From: Candidatus Kapaibacterium sp.
Lineage (GTDB): Bacteria; Bacteroidota; Ignavibacteria; Kapaibacteriales; UBA2268
DNA length: 64,000 nt
Reading direction: 5' to 3'
Assembly (NCBI GenBank): GCA_963664875.1
Contig: OY761611.1
Span: 1,280,001 to 1,344,000 of the forward strand
The notes below the pieces were generated by a model. The model saw only the letters and a list, made by a program, of their open reading frames with translations. It was not told where the DNA came from and did not search any database. Shown here one piece after another: positions 41,922-51,810 of this stretch (positions within the stretch are counted from its first letter, which is position 1; every line of letters starts with the position of its first letter). The translations under genes and the position numbers were made by a program.

Positions 41922-43174
41922 GCAGGACAGAGAGAACCATACAATCCTCCATAGTTTCCACCGGCAGTTGACTGATCTGTAAATACATGTAAATCCGGAG
42001 TACCATCACCGTCAAAATCTGCGAAAGTTACATCTCCATAATGAGGCCAAATTGCTTTACCAGCGATAGGTTGACCATTGATTTGTGCATAATTTGCTAC
42101 AGATGAAAATGAATAATTATTAGAACCATCATTTATTGCTTTATAAAAAGAGTTGTAGTGCCAGAATAATACGTCTATATCAGAGTCCCCATCGATGTCG
42201 TCTATTATAGAACTTGCGGAACCAAGACCTGAATACAGAGTGGTGTTTGTAGTGGAAAAGACACCGGTTCCATCGTTTGTAAAAGCGATAGTAAAATTAT
42301 GGCTTGTCAAGAAGAAATCGGTATCTGAATCAAGATCCAAATTTACAGGCATAATAAGTGGCCCGTATTCACACTTAAAGTTTGTATTATTATTATCGAT
42401 TGTAGTACTCTTGTGGGTAAACACTCCTGAACCATTATTTGTAAACACCTGTAGAGCTGCTTCAATATTTCCACCGGAATCTGTATATACAGAAACAAAG
42501 TCTAAATCATTATCTCCATCAATGTCAAAAAGCTTAATAGAACCATAATGTAAACCTATAAATCCACCATCAACCGGAGCGACATCATCAGCCAGTACTT
42601 CTACTTGAGTAGGAGTAAATGTACCCAATCCATTATTTACGTATTTTTTAATATCTTGTCCATTCCAATCGATTAGCACAAAATCAATATCCGAATCCCC
42701 ATCAATATCTCCTAAATCAATCGCAACAGCACCAAAAGCCCATTGATGTTGGCGTGTAAAGGAAGTACCATTACCATCATTCAAAAATACTTCTGTGGAA
42801 CCTGAATAAGATAGAACTAAATCCGGTTTGTTATCACCATTGAAATCAGCAGATACTAATTGGACAATTCTAGAGTTGATTGAACTTACGTTAGTAATTG
42901 TATTCTCTGTAAATGCCCCGGTACCGTCATTGACATAGATTCTTGCGGTATAATCTCCTGCTGCTAATCTCTTACCTGTAACAATGATGTCATTATCACC
43001 ATCATTATCAAAGTCCATTGCAACTGATTTTGCATAATACCATTGAGAAGTACCAATATCATAAGGGGTATTCCAGACATAAGCCTCGACGCTATTATAG
43101 CAGAAGATGACTAGTAACAAATAAAGCGTATGCTTCAAAAACATACGTTCAAAGAATTTGTTTTTTTCTCTCAT
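41543..43174 (-). CDS. FG-GAP/VCBS repeat surface protein with IPTL-CTERM sorting signal (paralogue B)
   Basis: Same architecture as 39240..40922, with near-identical last ~125 aa and a diverged propeller. Confidence 0.85.
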   Translation of the reverse strand: MREKNKFFERMFLKHTLYLLLVIFCYNSVEAYVWNTPYDIGTSQWYYAKSVAMDFDNDGDNDIIVTGKRLAAGDYTARIYVNDGTGAFTENTITNVSSINSRIVQLVSADFNGDNKPDLVLSYSGSTEVFLNDGNGTSFTRQHQWAFGAVAIDLGDIDGDSDIDFVLIDWNGQDIKKYVNNGLGTFTPTQVEVLADDVAPVDGGFIGLHYGSIKLFDIDGDNDLDFVSVYTDSGGNIEAALQVFTNNGSGVFTHKSTTIDNNNTNFKCEYGPLIMPVNLDLDSDTDFFLTSHNFTIAFTNDGTGVFSTTNTTLYSGLGSASSIIDDIDGDSDIDVLFWHYNSFYKAINDGSNNYSFSSVANYAQINGQPIAGKAIWPHYGDVTFADFDGDGTPDLHVFTDQSTAGGNYGGLYGSLCPATVSITTTTKISDTEYSFTADPDDNGCTAITAKGIVWSTSPNPTITDYDGIASAPAGGNDEYTLNATNLQIGPGYYVRAYATNSTGTAYSAQVHFGVVPTLPEWGLIILAGGFVVFGGWFVFKKIV

Positions 43175-43199
43175 GACAAATCTCCAAAATTTATAATTC

Positions 43200-43251
43200 G
43201 ACCGAACGTTTGGTCACTATATAATCAATAAAACGATTTTTTCAAAGTAAA
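43200..43251 (-). promoter_or_regulatory. Candidate sigma70-like promoter plus TetR-type operator upstream of paralogue B
   Basis: Minus strand TTGAAA...TATAGT within a 36-bp block identical to 40957..40992, abutting the near-palindrome GACCGAACGTTTGGTC (43200..43215). Confidence 0.55.
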
Positions 43252-43271
43252 TATTGGATTAAAGTCAAATT

Positions 43272-43847
43272 TTATTTTTTAAGCAGGGATATATAGAAGT
43301 CAAATTGAGTTTGTAGTGGATAGTTACCGTCGCTCATGATATAACTAATCTGCCAACCATGAAAGCAGTCAAAGAAGAGAGCAATATGTTGCTCAGGAGT
43401 TGTAATTGATAATCTATTTAAGTATAAATTTGAAATAAAGTGATAAATTTCCATGCCATGAGAAGCCATATACTCCCTGACAATTGAAGTATAACGATTA
43501 TCGATTGTAATTTGAGTTATCAGGCGCCAGTACTTAAAGTTATCTTTCAAAGATTTTTCAAATCCGTCTAAAAAAAATCTAAAATCATTCCATGGATTTT
43601 CCGATTCTTCAGGTGGAATAAATTCGAAGATAAGGGATGTTCCGTCCTTTAGAAGTGTTGACAGTATTTCTTCTTTACTTTCAAAATAATGATACAATGA
43701 GCCTTTTGCAAGTCCGGTTTCTTTGGCAATCATGCTAATCGTTGTAGATTTAAAACCATGTGTTGCAAATAGCTCTAAGGACGTTTCTAAAATATCAGTC
43801 CGAGACCTATCTCTTCTCTGCTCATTATATGTTTTTTTTTCCGCCAT
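43272..43847 (-). CDS. TetR/AcrR family transcriptional regulator
   Basis: LELFATHGFKSTTISMIAKETGLAKGSLYHYFESKEEI HTH. Confidence 0.93.
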   Translation of the reverse strand: MAEKKTYNEQRRDRSRTDILETSLELFATHGFKSTTISMIAKETGLAKGSLYHYFESKEEILSTLLKDGTSLIFEFIPPEESENPWNDFRFFLDGFEKSLKDNFKYWRLITQITIDNRYTSIVREYMASHGMEIYHFISNLYLNRLSITTPEQHIALFFDCFHGWQISYIMSDGNYPLQTQFDFYISLLKK

Positions 43848-43861
43848 ACATCATATAAAAT

Positions 43862-43892
43862 AAAAAAGTGGGTTGCAAAACACAACCCACCA
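43862..43892 (-). terminator. Terminator after methylmalonyl-CoA mutase operon
   Basis: aaaaaa-gtgggttg-caaaaca-caacccac. Confidence 0.75.
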
Positions 43893-43915
43893 AAGATAAG
43901 GAAATTTTATATATC

Positions 43916-46108
43916 TTATTCAGCTACTGCTTCAAATAATATGTTCATTAGTTTTTTAGCAGCATCAGGAATAACAGTACCAGGTCCAAAAATTTCGGCA
44001 CAACCTGCATTATAAAGATATTCGTAGTCTTGCTGAGGAATTACCCCACCTGCAATTACAATGATATCATCTCTACCGAGTTTTTTGAGTTCTTCGATGA
44101 GCTGAGGCACTAAAGTTTTGTGACCGGCAGCAAGCGAAGATACGCCTACGATGTGTACGTCGTTTTCTACTGCTTGCTTAGCCGACTCTTCCGGAGTTTG
44201 GAACAAAGGTCCCATATCTACGTCAAAGCCAAGGTCAGCGTAGGCAGTAGCAACTACTTTTGCACCGCGGTCGTGACCGTCTTGTCCCATTTTTGCAATC
44301 ATAATACGAGGACGGCGACCTTCCTGCTCTTCGAATTTGTCAGTCATAGCTCTTACTTCGTCGATAACAGACTGCTCAGCAAATTCGCTTGAGTACACAC
44401 CTGAAATCGAGCGAATTACAGCTTGATGTCTGCCTGTAATTTTTTCGATCGCATAAGATATTTCACCGAGAGAAGCACGAGCCTGAGCAGCTTTCACTGA
44501 AAGGTCAAGCAAGTTACCTTCGCCTGTTTCAGTTGTTTTAGTGATAGCTTCAAGCCAGTAGCGTACATCATCTTCATTACGATTAGCACGCAACTCTTCC
44601 AAACGTTTAATCTGAGATTGGCGAACAGAAGTATTGTCAATTTCAAGAATTTCGAGTGGATCTTCTTTATCAAGGCGATATTTATTGATACCGGTGATGA
44701 TTTCAGTGCCTGAATCAATTCTTGCCTGCTTACGAGCAGCAGCTTCTTCGATACGCATTTTAGGAATACCTGATTCGATAGCTTTTGCCATACCACCAAG
44801 TTCTTCGACTTCCTGAATGTGAGCCCATGCTTTTTTGATTAGCTCGTTTGTAAGAGCTTCTACATAGTAAGAGCCTCCCCAAGGATCGATAACTCGAGTG
44901 ATGCTTGTTTCTTCCTGCAAGTAAATCTGAGTATTACGAGCAATACGAGCAGAGAAATCTGTAGGTAAAGCGATAGCTTCGTCAAGTGCATTTGTGTGCA
45001 ATGACTGAGTGTGTCCCAATGCAGCACCCATAGCTTCGATACAAGTACGGGCAACGTTATTGAACGGATCCTGCTCAGTAAGAGACCAGCCTGAAGTCTG
45101 AGAGTGAGTACGCAATGCAAGAGATTTAGGGTTCTTAGGATTGAACTGATTAACGATTTTAGCCCAAAGAACGCGAGCTGCACGCATTTTTGCAATTTCC
45201 ATGAAGTAATTCATGCCTATTGCCCAGAAGAACGACAAACGAGGCGCAAACGCATCTACGTCGATTCCTGCAGCGATACCGGTTCTCAAATATTCCAAAC
45301 CGTCTGCCAAAGTATAACCCATTTCAAGGTCAGCAGTAGCACCTGCTTCCTGCATGTGGTAGCCGGAAATAGAGATACTGTTAAACTTAGGCATTTTCTG
45401 AGAAGTAAACTCAAAAATGTCAGCAATTATTTTCATAGAGATTTGTGGCGGGTAAATGTAAGTGTTACGCACCATATACTCTTTCAAAATATCATTTTGA
45501 ATAGTACCGGATAAATCTTCCAATTTGGCACCTTGCTCCAAAGCAGAGGAGATATAGAATGCCATGACAGGAAGCACTGCACCATTCATAGTCATAGATA
45601 CAGAAATTTTATCTAAAGGAATGCCATCAAATAAAACTTTAGTATCCATTATAGAATCGATTGCCACACCGGCTTTACCTACGTCACCCACTACTCGAGG
45701 GTGGTCAGAGTCATAGCCACGGTGAGTTGCCAAGTCAAAGGCAACTGAAAGACCTTTTTGACCTGCAGCAAGGTTACGGCGGTAAAATGCGTTAGACTCT
45801 TCGGCAGTAGAGAAACCTGCATACTGGCGAATTGTCCATGGCTGAGCGACATACATAGTCGGATACGGGCCACGCAAATTAGGTGCGATACCTGCAGTAA
45901 AAGGCAAGTGAGGCAATTCTTTAATATCATCTAAGGTATAAATAGGATTTATGTCGATCTGTTCCATAGATTTGGAAATCATCTCTTCATAATTCTTACC
46001 TGTTTCCTTTTCGAATTTTAGCTTCCAATCTTCCCTGCTAATTTCGGGAAAAGCTTGATCGAATTTTATATTAGAAAAATCAGGTGTTTTCATTTTATCA
46101 AACTCCAT
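43916..46108 (-). CDS. scpA: Methylmalonyl-CoA mutase, catalytic (large) subunit
   Basis: [31 protein letters not shown]12-binding GQDGHDRG. Confidence 0.96.
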   Translation of the reverse strand: MEFDKMKTPDFSNIKFDQAFPEISREDWKLKFEKETGKNYEEMISKSMEQIDINPIYTLDDIKELPHLPFTAGIAPNLRGPYPTMYVAQPWTIRQYAGFSTAEESNAFYRRNLAAGQKGLSVAFDLATHRGYDSDHPRVVGDVGKAGVAIDSIMDTKVLFDGIPLDKISVSMTMNGAVLPVMAFYISSALEQGAKLEDLSGTIQNDILKEYMVRNTYIYPPQISMKIIADIFEFTSQKMPKFNSISISGYHMQEAGATADLEMGYTLADGLEYLRTGIAAGIDVDAFAPRLSFFWAIGMNYFMEIAKMRAARVLWAKIVNQFNPKNPKSLALRTHSQTSGWSLTEQDPFNNVARTCIEAMGAALGHTQSLHTNALDEAIALPTDFSARIARNTQIYLQEETSITRVIDPWGGSYYVEALTNELIKKAWAHIQEVEELGGMAKAIESGIPKMRIEEAAARKQARIDSGTEIITGINKYRLDKEDPLEILEIDNTSVRQSQIKRLEELRANRNEDDVRYWLEAITKTTETGEGNLLDLSVKAAQARASLGEISYAIEKITGRHQAVIRSISGVYSSEFAEQSVIDEVRAMTDKFEEQEGRRPRIMIAKMGQDGHDRGAKVVATAYADLGFDVDMGPLFQTPEESAKQAVENDVHIVGVSSLAAGHKTLVPQLIEELKKLGRDDIIVIAGGVIPQQDYEYLYNAGCAEIFGPGTVIPDAAKKLMNILFEAVAE

Positions 46109-46143
46109 TTCAAAAATTTTCTTTTACAAAAGTCTAACAGAAA

Positions 46144-48288
46144 TTACTTTCTGATACCGATTTGTTTCTGCAGGTTATAATTGATTTCATAAGCATTGGC
46201 TTTGACGTGAATAAATTCGTCAACTCCGGCAGCTTTGAAATTGTCAATATGGTCTGCAGGGTAACCAGCCACTACAACTTTAGCAGTAGGTTTAGCATCT
46301 TTAACAAGTTTTGTAAATTCAGGAACAAATTCAGGGTATTTGTCATCTGTCGAGCAGATCACCACAATTTCAGCTCCTGATTCCAAGAATGCTTTGCAAG
46401 CATCTTCGTTATTAGAAAAGCCTTTTGATTCGACTGCTTTGAAAGCAGCTACCTGGAAGAAGTCAAGAGAGAAATCACTTCTTGCTTTCCAGTCACGCAC
46501 GGCTCCAAAACTTGCAAGATAGACTTTCGGATAGTCGCCGTTAGCTTCTTTGTAATCTTCGGCAACTTGTCTGAGTTCTTCAAATTTAGCACCAGCTCTA
46601 TATTCTTTGATTGGTTCTACTTCTGTAGCTTCGCCTCTCATATCTTTGAAGATATTGAGTAGCTCGGAAGAGCTTGCACCAGCCTGAGCAGCATCGATAG
46701 CAATATCGAAGCATTTGCCTGCCTGAGCTTTAACTTCTTCGGTCAAATCTTTTAGTAAACCATAAACTCTTTCGCTGTCGCGGCTGTTGCAAAATTCGCC
46801 GAAAGCTTTCATTCTGTTGTCGAAAACTTCCTGACCATAAACTTTTGCAGTAGTTACAGGTTTTTCCTGAAGATTTGCATATTTATTAGTACCAAGCAAA
46901 GAATCTTTACGTAATTCGAGATTTTTGTTTCTTTTATTAGTAATATCGATGATTGCAGCTTGTATCTTGCCTTCTTTGAGAGATGCAACGATACCACCGT
47001 CTTTTTCAGTAGCTGCAAATAGTTCCCATGCTTTTTCAGTTACCTGATAAGTTAGTGTTTCTACATAATAAGAACCACCGGCAGGGTCAACTAATTCTTT
47101 GAAGTGAGTTTCATCAGCAAAAACGTTTTGTACGTTTCGTGTGATGCGTCGAGTAATGTCATTAGGGAGACCATACGCATCATCTACATAAGATAAGTGC
47201 ATGGAGTCGCAACCGCCAATTACAGCTGAGAACGCTTCTGATGTGATACGAAGCAAGTTTACATACGGGTCGTATTTTGTTTTGTTCACATTAGAAGATT
47301 TGGCATGCATAAAGATTTTTTGTGATTCTTCATTGCCGCCGAATTCTTTAACGATTTTCGCCCAAAGCATTCTCGCAGCTCTGAATTTTGCGATTTCCAT
47401 GAAGAAATTTTGACCTATACCAAATTTAAAACGGAAGCGAGGTGCAATATCATCAATTGACAAGCCCATTTCCATAAATCTGCGTATGTATTCCACTGCA
47501 GATGACATAGCGAAAGCAAGTTCCTGCACAGCAGTAGCACCACCATCAGCGAAAACTGCACCATTGATGGTGATAGATTTCATCTGAGGAGCGTTATCTT
47601 TCATCCAGCCGGTCAAGCGGCATGCTTCGAAGAAAAGTGCATCCAAAGAGCCACAAACTTTACCTGCGCCGGCAAGTTCACCGATAACGTCCATTTCGAT
47701 GCCGCCTTTTACAGATTTGATATCTATGCCGTTTTTGCGGCAGTATGCTGCAAACTGAGCAGTTACAGCAAGGGCTTGAGTTCCTGCATTGATAAATACA
47801 GGCACTTTTGTAAGGTCGATGCCATCAAAAGCTTTTTCCATGTCGTTGACAGTAGAAAGATACAAGCCTTGGTAAGCATCGCTACCGTTTTTGATAGCAT
47901 TTGCTGTGATTTTTGCAGAAGCTTTGTTGAGTTGGATATTTAATGCACTCTGACCGCGTTGAAGGTCACTTTTAGCTGCAGCGTTAAACTCTTCAGGAGT
48001 AGGATAAGGAATTTCCTGACTGATGAACCATGTACCTTTAGTATATCCTGCTGCAGAAGTACCTCTCAAGTAAGGATAAGCACCGGAGTACTGGTTATTC
48101 ATCAAAGGTAAACTATCACGATCTTCTTTGTTGTAAATTGGTTGAAGCGTGATGCCTTCGTAAGTTTCGGTGTACATTTTTTTGTCAAATGGAGCACCCT
48201 TGAGTGCTTTTTCTGCCTGAATTTTCCAATCTTCATAAGAAGGAATTGAAAATTCGCTGAAAAAGTCTTTAGTAATTTCAACTGACAT
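46144..48288 (-). CDS. mutA: Methylmalonyl-CoA mutase, small (non-catalytic) subunit
   Basis: FFMEIAKFRAARMLW, DPAGGSYYVE, VICSTDDKY; lacks the DxHxxG motif. Confidence 0.9.
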   Translation of the reverse strand: MSVEITKDFFSEFSIPSYEDWKIQAEKALKGAPFDKKMYTETYEGITLQPIYNKEDRDSLPLMNNQYSGAYPYLRGTSAAGYTKGTWFISQEIPYPTPEEFNAAAKSDLQRGQSALNIQLNKASAKITANAIKNGSDAYQGLYLSTVNDMEKAFDGIDLTKVPVFINAGTQALAVTAQFAAYCRKNGIDIKSVKGGIEMDVIGELAGAGKVCGSLDALFFEACRLTGWMKDNAPQMKSITINGAVFADGGATAVQELAFAMSSAVEYIRRFMEMGLSIDDIAPRFRFKFGIGQNFFMEIAKFRAARMLWAKIVKEFGGNEESQKIFMHAKSSNVNKTKYDPYVNLLRITSEAFSAVIGGCDSMHLSYVDDAYGLPNDITRRITRNVQNVFADETHFKELVDPAGGSYYVETLTYQVTEKAWELFAATEKDGGIVASLKEGKIQAAIIDITNKRNKNLELRKDSLLGTNKYANLQEKPVTTAKVYGQEVFDNRMKAFGEFCNSRDSERVYGLLKDLTEEVKAQAGKCFDIAIDAAQAGASSSELLNIFKDMRGEATEVEPIKEYRAGAKFEELRQVAEDYKEANGDYPKVYLASFGAVRDWKARSDFSLDFFQVAAFKAVESKGFSNNEDACKAFLESGAEIVVICSTDDKYPEFVPEFTKLVKDAKPTAKVVVAGYPADHIDNFKAAGVDEFIHVKANAYEINYNLQKQIGIRK

Positions 48289-48461
48289 AGCTATTCACTT
48301 GAAGTTTTTAATACAAACAAGGCACACAATCAAGTGTGCCTTACACGTCCTAATAATTTATCCAAATTAAAAAGAAAAACAAAAACCCAAAAAAGTTTTT
48401 TGCCTCTCTTAGTGCTATTTAATCAAAAACTTACGTAAATATCTATCAGTTTTATTATAGT

Positions 48462-49505
48462 TTAAATAATAAGCATTGCATCGCCATAAGCCAGGAATCT
48501 ATATTCGTCTTTCATTGCCTGCTTGTATGCTTTGAAGATAAGCTCTTTTTCGCCGAAAGCAGATGCTACAAGCAACGATGGTGATGCAGGCGGATGGAAA
48601 TTAGTCAAAAATCTTGTAACGATTTTGAAATCGTATTGCGGATAGATAAATTTATCTGTCCAGCCTCTGTTAGGTTTGACAGCACCTGTAGTAAGCACCG
48701 AAGCTTCGAGAGCTCGAACAACCGAAGTGCCGACAGCGTAGATATTTTTCTTATTTTTTAGCGATTTATTGATTGTTTCAGCAGCTTTCATTGATATTTC
48801 GAAATATTCGGAATACATTCTATGTTTAGTAAGGTCTTCTACTTCGATTTTTTCGAATACACCTTGTCCGATATTTAAAATTATCTTTGCGACTTTCACA
48901 CCTTTATCTTCGAGTGCTTTTATCATCTCTTCTGTAAAGTGCAAGCCTGCTGTAGGTGGAGCAATAGAAGCTAACTGATTAGGATTAGCAAAGACACACT
49001 GATAAGTTTCTTTGTCCTTTTCCTCAGGTTCGCGTTTGATATATTCGGGCAAAGGCATCTCCCCTATGCGTTCTATAACTTTGAAAAGATTGCCTTCGTA
49101 GCTGAAACGTACTGTTCTGCCACGGGAAGTAGTATTATCTATTACTTCGCAGTAGAACTTTCCATTATCAAAATAGATTTTATTGCCTATTCTGACTTTT
49201 CTTGCAGGTTCTACAAGGACATCCCAAATTCTTTCGTCGGCTTTCAATTCTCTCAAAAGCATAACTTCGATTTTGGCATTTGTCTTTTCTTTTTTACCAT
49301 AGAGTCTTGCCGGAAATACTTTCGTTTCGTTTAGAACAATACAGTCCCCTTTTTGGAAATAGTCAAGCAAGTCAGAAAACTGCTTGTTTTCCATTTCACC
49401 GGTTTCACGGTTCACCACCATCATTCTAGCAGCATCACGAGGCTCTGCAGGATATTTGGCAACGGCATTTTTAGGGAGTGTGTACTTAAATTCTGAAAGT
49501 TTCAT
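48462..49505 (-). CDS. queA: S-adenosylmethionine:tRNA ribosyltransferase-isomerase
   Basis: NETKVFPARL, MPLPEYIKR, APPTAGLHF, AVGTSVVRALE, TNFH, YGDAMLI. Confidence 0.95.
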   Translation of the reverse strand: MKLSEFKYTLPKNAVAKYPAEPRDAARMMVVNRETGEMENKQFSDLLDYFQKGDCIVLNETKVFPARLYGKKEKTNAKIEVMLLRELKADERIWDVLVEPARKVRIGNKIYFDNGKFYCEVIDNTTSRGRTVRFSYEGNLFKVIERIGEMPLPEYIKREPEEKDKETYQCVFANPNQLASIAPPTAGLHFTEEMIKALEDKGVKVAKIILNIGQGVFEKIEVEDLTKHRMYSEYFEISMKAAETINKSLKNKKNIYAVGTSVVRALEASVLTTGAVKPNRGWTDKFIYPQYDFKIVTRFLTNFHPPASPSLLVASAFGEKELIFKAYKQAMKDEYRFLAYGDAMLII

Positions 49506-49677
49506 TTACTCTGCCCTTTTGTATATATATTTTCGATATTTTTCTTATTCTTTTGGAAAGCCTACTGTGTGGTTTTGATCATTTTGCAGGGTATTCTTTT
49601 TTGATTGTAAAACACTGCAATGCTATAACTCAAAATATTTCAAAACCTCCGACTCCACAAATACTTTTTATAAAGCA

Positions 49678-49713
49678 TAACGAGTCCTCAAGTGAATTTA
49701 GAGAACTCGTTAG
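49678..49713 (-). terminator. Probable hairpin/terminator after htpG
   Basis: taacgagt...actcgtta inverted repeat. Confidence 0.5.
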
Positions 49714-49732
49714 CGTTCTTTATATTTGATTC

Positions 49733-51592
49733 TTATTTAGAAGTAGCTTTTTCCATGAACTCTGTCATTCTCTTTACGAAATCGCTTGGTTTTTGTATGT
49801 ACCCTTCTATCAGCAAAGCACCTTGATATAATTGTTCGACGCTTTCTCTGAGAATTTCGCTTTCTTTATTTTCTCCAAGCAATGTAGCTAAGTTTTTGAT
49901 AAGCCCATGCGAAGTATTAATTTCTAAAATTCGTTTAGAACCTTTGAATTGTTTATCGAGAAGCTGCATCATTTTTTCCATGTGAGCATCCATTCCTGCT
50001 TTGCCGACAACTAAAGTAACAGCAGAATCTACCAACCTTTGAGATTCGACCACATCCTCTACTTCATCGCCGAGCACTTCTTTGAAATACTCGATAATGG
50101 ATTTGGTTTGTGACTCATCTAATTTACTTTCGTCATTGTCATCTCTTTTAATTTCTGCTTTTTCTATTGATACTATCTGCTTGCCGTCATATTCGTTGAT
50201 ATACGGTATGGTAAATATATCAGCAGGATCAGTAAGCAAAAGCACTTCGATGTCATTTTTGCGGAAATATTCCAAATTAGGATTAGTTTCCAATGACTCG
50301 CGAGTGTTGCCTGAAATATAATATATTTTATTATCGTTGGCTTCGCCCATTCTTGCAACATAAGAGTTGAAAGAAGTAAGTTCGCCCGCTTCGGTTTTTG
50401 TAGTTTCAAATCTTAGAAGCTCGACTATTCTGTCTTTATTAGCAAAATCGGCATTTACTCCGGTTTTGAATAAGCTGCCAAAATTGTTATAAAATGTTTC
50501 ATATTTTTCTTTGTCTTTATCAGCCCATTCTTCCAATAGCCCCAGCACTTTGCCGGTTAAAATACTTTTTATTTTAGCCATGACAGGACTGTTTTGAGTA
50601 ACTTCTCGAGATACATTTAGAGGCAAATCCTCAGTATCGACTACACCTTTAAGGAATTCTAGATAATCAGGAAGCAGATTTTTTGCATCATCTTGTATAA
50701 ATACTTTGCTTGAATAAAGATGAATAGATTTGTCCTGAGATGCTCTGAAAACATCAGGAGGTGCTACTTTCGGAACAAAAAGCAATGCTTTGAAATTGAC
50801 GTTGCCTTCGATGTTCAAATGTAAATTGCCTAAAGGCTCCTGATAGTCATTAGATATGAATTTATAAAATTCGTTCAGCTCATCTTCGCTGATGTCGTCT
50901 TTTCGTTTATGCCACAAGGCAGTAACTTTGTTTACTTTCTCTTCGCCTACATACAAAGGGAAATCAACAAAATTAGAATATTTTTGCAAAATGTCTTTTA
51001 TTCTGTAATCGCTTGCAAAATCTTTGTATTCTTCTTTGAATTTGAAGCTTATTTTTGTGCCTCTTGACTCTTTGTCAGACTCCACTATTTCGAAAGTATC
51101 ATGCCCTTCGGAAATCCATTTATATGCCTTGGCACCCTGCTCTGCAAATCTGGTTTCTACAGTAACTTCATCAGTTACCATAAACAATGAATAGAAGCCG
51201 ACCCCAAACTGCCCAATCATATTAGCGTCTAAGCTCTGCTTGCTTTCTTTCATCTGTCTGATAAATTCCATTGTGCCTGAACTTGCGATAGTGCCAAGTC
51301 TGCCTGTCAAATCTTCTTTGGTCATGCCGATGCCGCTATCTTCAATTGTGAACTCTGAAGTATCGGGATTGACACTTATCCTGATAGTAAGCTCAGCATC
51401 CGAATCGACAATGTCAGGGTTTGTTAGTTTCATAAATCTGACTTTATTAAGAGCGTCAGAGGAGTTAGAAACAAGTTCCCTTAAAAATATTTCGGGATTT
51501 GTGTAAAGTGAATGGATAATCAACTGCAGCAATTGCTTCATCTCAGCCTTAAACTCGAACTTTTCTGCTGCCATACTCTTATTCTGTTCCAT
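49733..51592 (-). CDS. htpG: Molecular chaperone HtpG (Hsp90)
   Basis: EIFLRELVSNSSDA, DSGIGM, IGQFGVGFYS, DLPLNVSRE, ILEIN. Confidence 0.97.
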   Translation of the reverse strand: MEQNKSMAAEKFEFKAEMKQLLQLIIHSLYTNPEIFLRELVSNSSDALNKVRFMKLTNPDIVDSDAELTIRISVNPDTSEFTIEDSGIGMTKEDLTGRLGTIASSGTMEFIRQMKESKQSLDANMIGQFGVGFYSLFMVTDEVTVETRFAEQGAKAYKWISEGHDTFEIVESDKESRGTKISFKFKEEYKDFASDYRIKDILQKYSNFVDFPLYVGEEKVNKVTALWHKRKDDISEDELNEFYKFISNDYQEPLGNLHLNIEGNVNFKALLFVPKVAPPDVFRASQDKSIHLYSSKVFIQDDAKNLLPDYLEFLKGVVDTEDLPLNVSREVTQNSPVMAKIKSILTGKVLGLLEEWADKDKEKYETFYNNFGSLFKTGVNADFANKDRIVELLRFETTKTEAGELTSFNSYVARMGEANDNKIYYISGNTRESLETNPNLEYFRKNDIEVLLLTDPADIFTIPYINEYDGKQIVSIEKAEIKRDDNDESKLDESQTKSIIEYFKEVLGDEVEDVVESQRLVDSAVTLVVGKAGMDAHMEKMMQLLDKQFKGSKRILEINTSHGLIKNLATLLGENKESEILRESVEQLYQGALLIEGYIQKPSDFVKRMTEFMEKATSK

Positions 51593-51810
51593 CTCGCTAT
51601 TCCATCCTAAATGTTAAACAAAAACAAGAATTGCCAAAAAATCGACGAAAAAAAATTTCTGCTATTGAAAATTTATTATCTTACAATTTGAGAAAACATA
51701 TTTCGATTTTTATGATAGTATCTTTTTGCTAAATGCGTAATTCGTCAAAGGTACAAAGATAATAAATCGCTCTAATTGTTTGAATTAAAATATTTTATTT
51801 ATAAAGCCAA

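Noticed and set aside
51593-51810. CIRCE heat-shock operator upstream of htpG
   Set aside because: No TTAGCACTC-N9-GAGTGCTAA match seen
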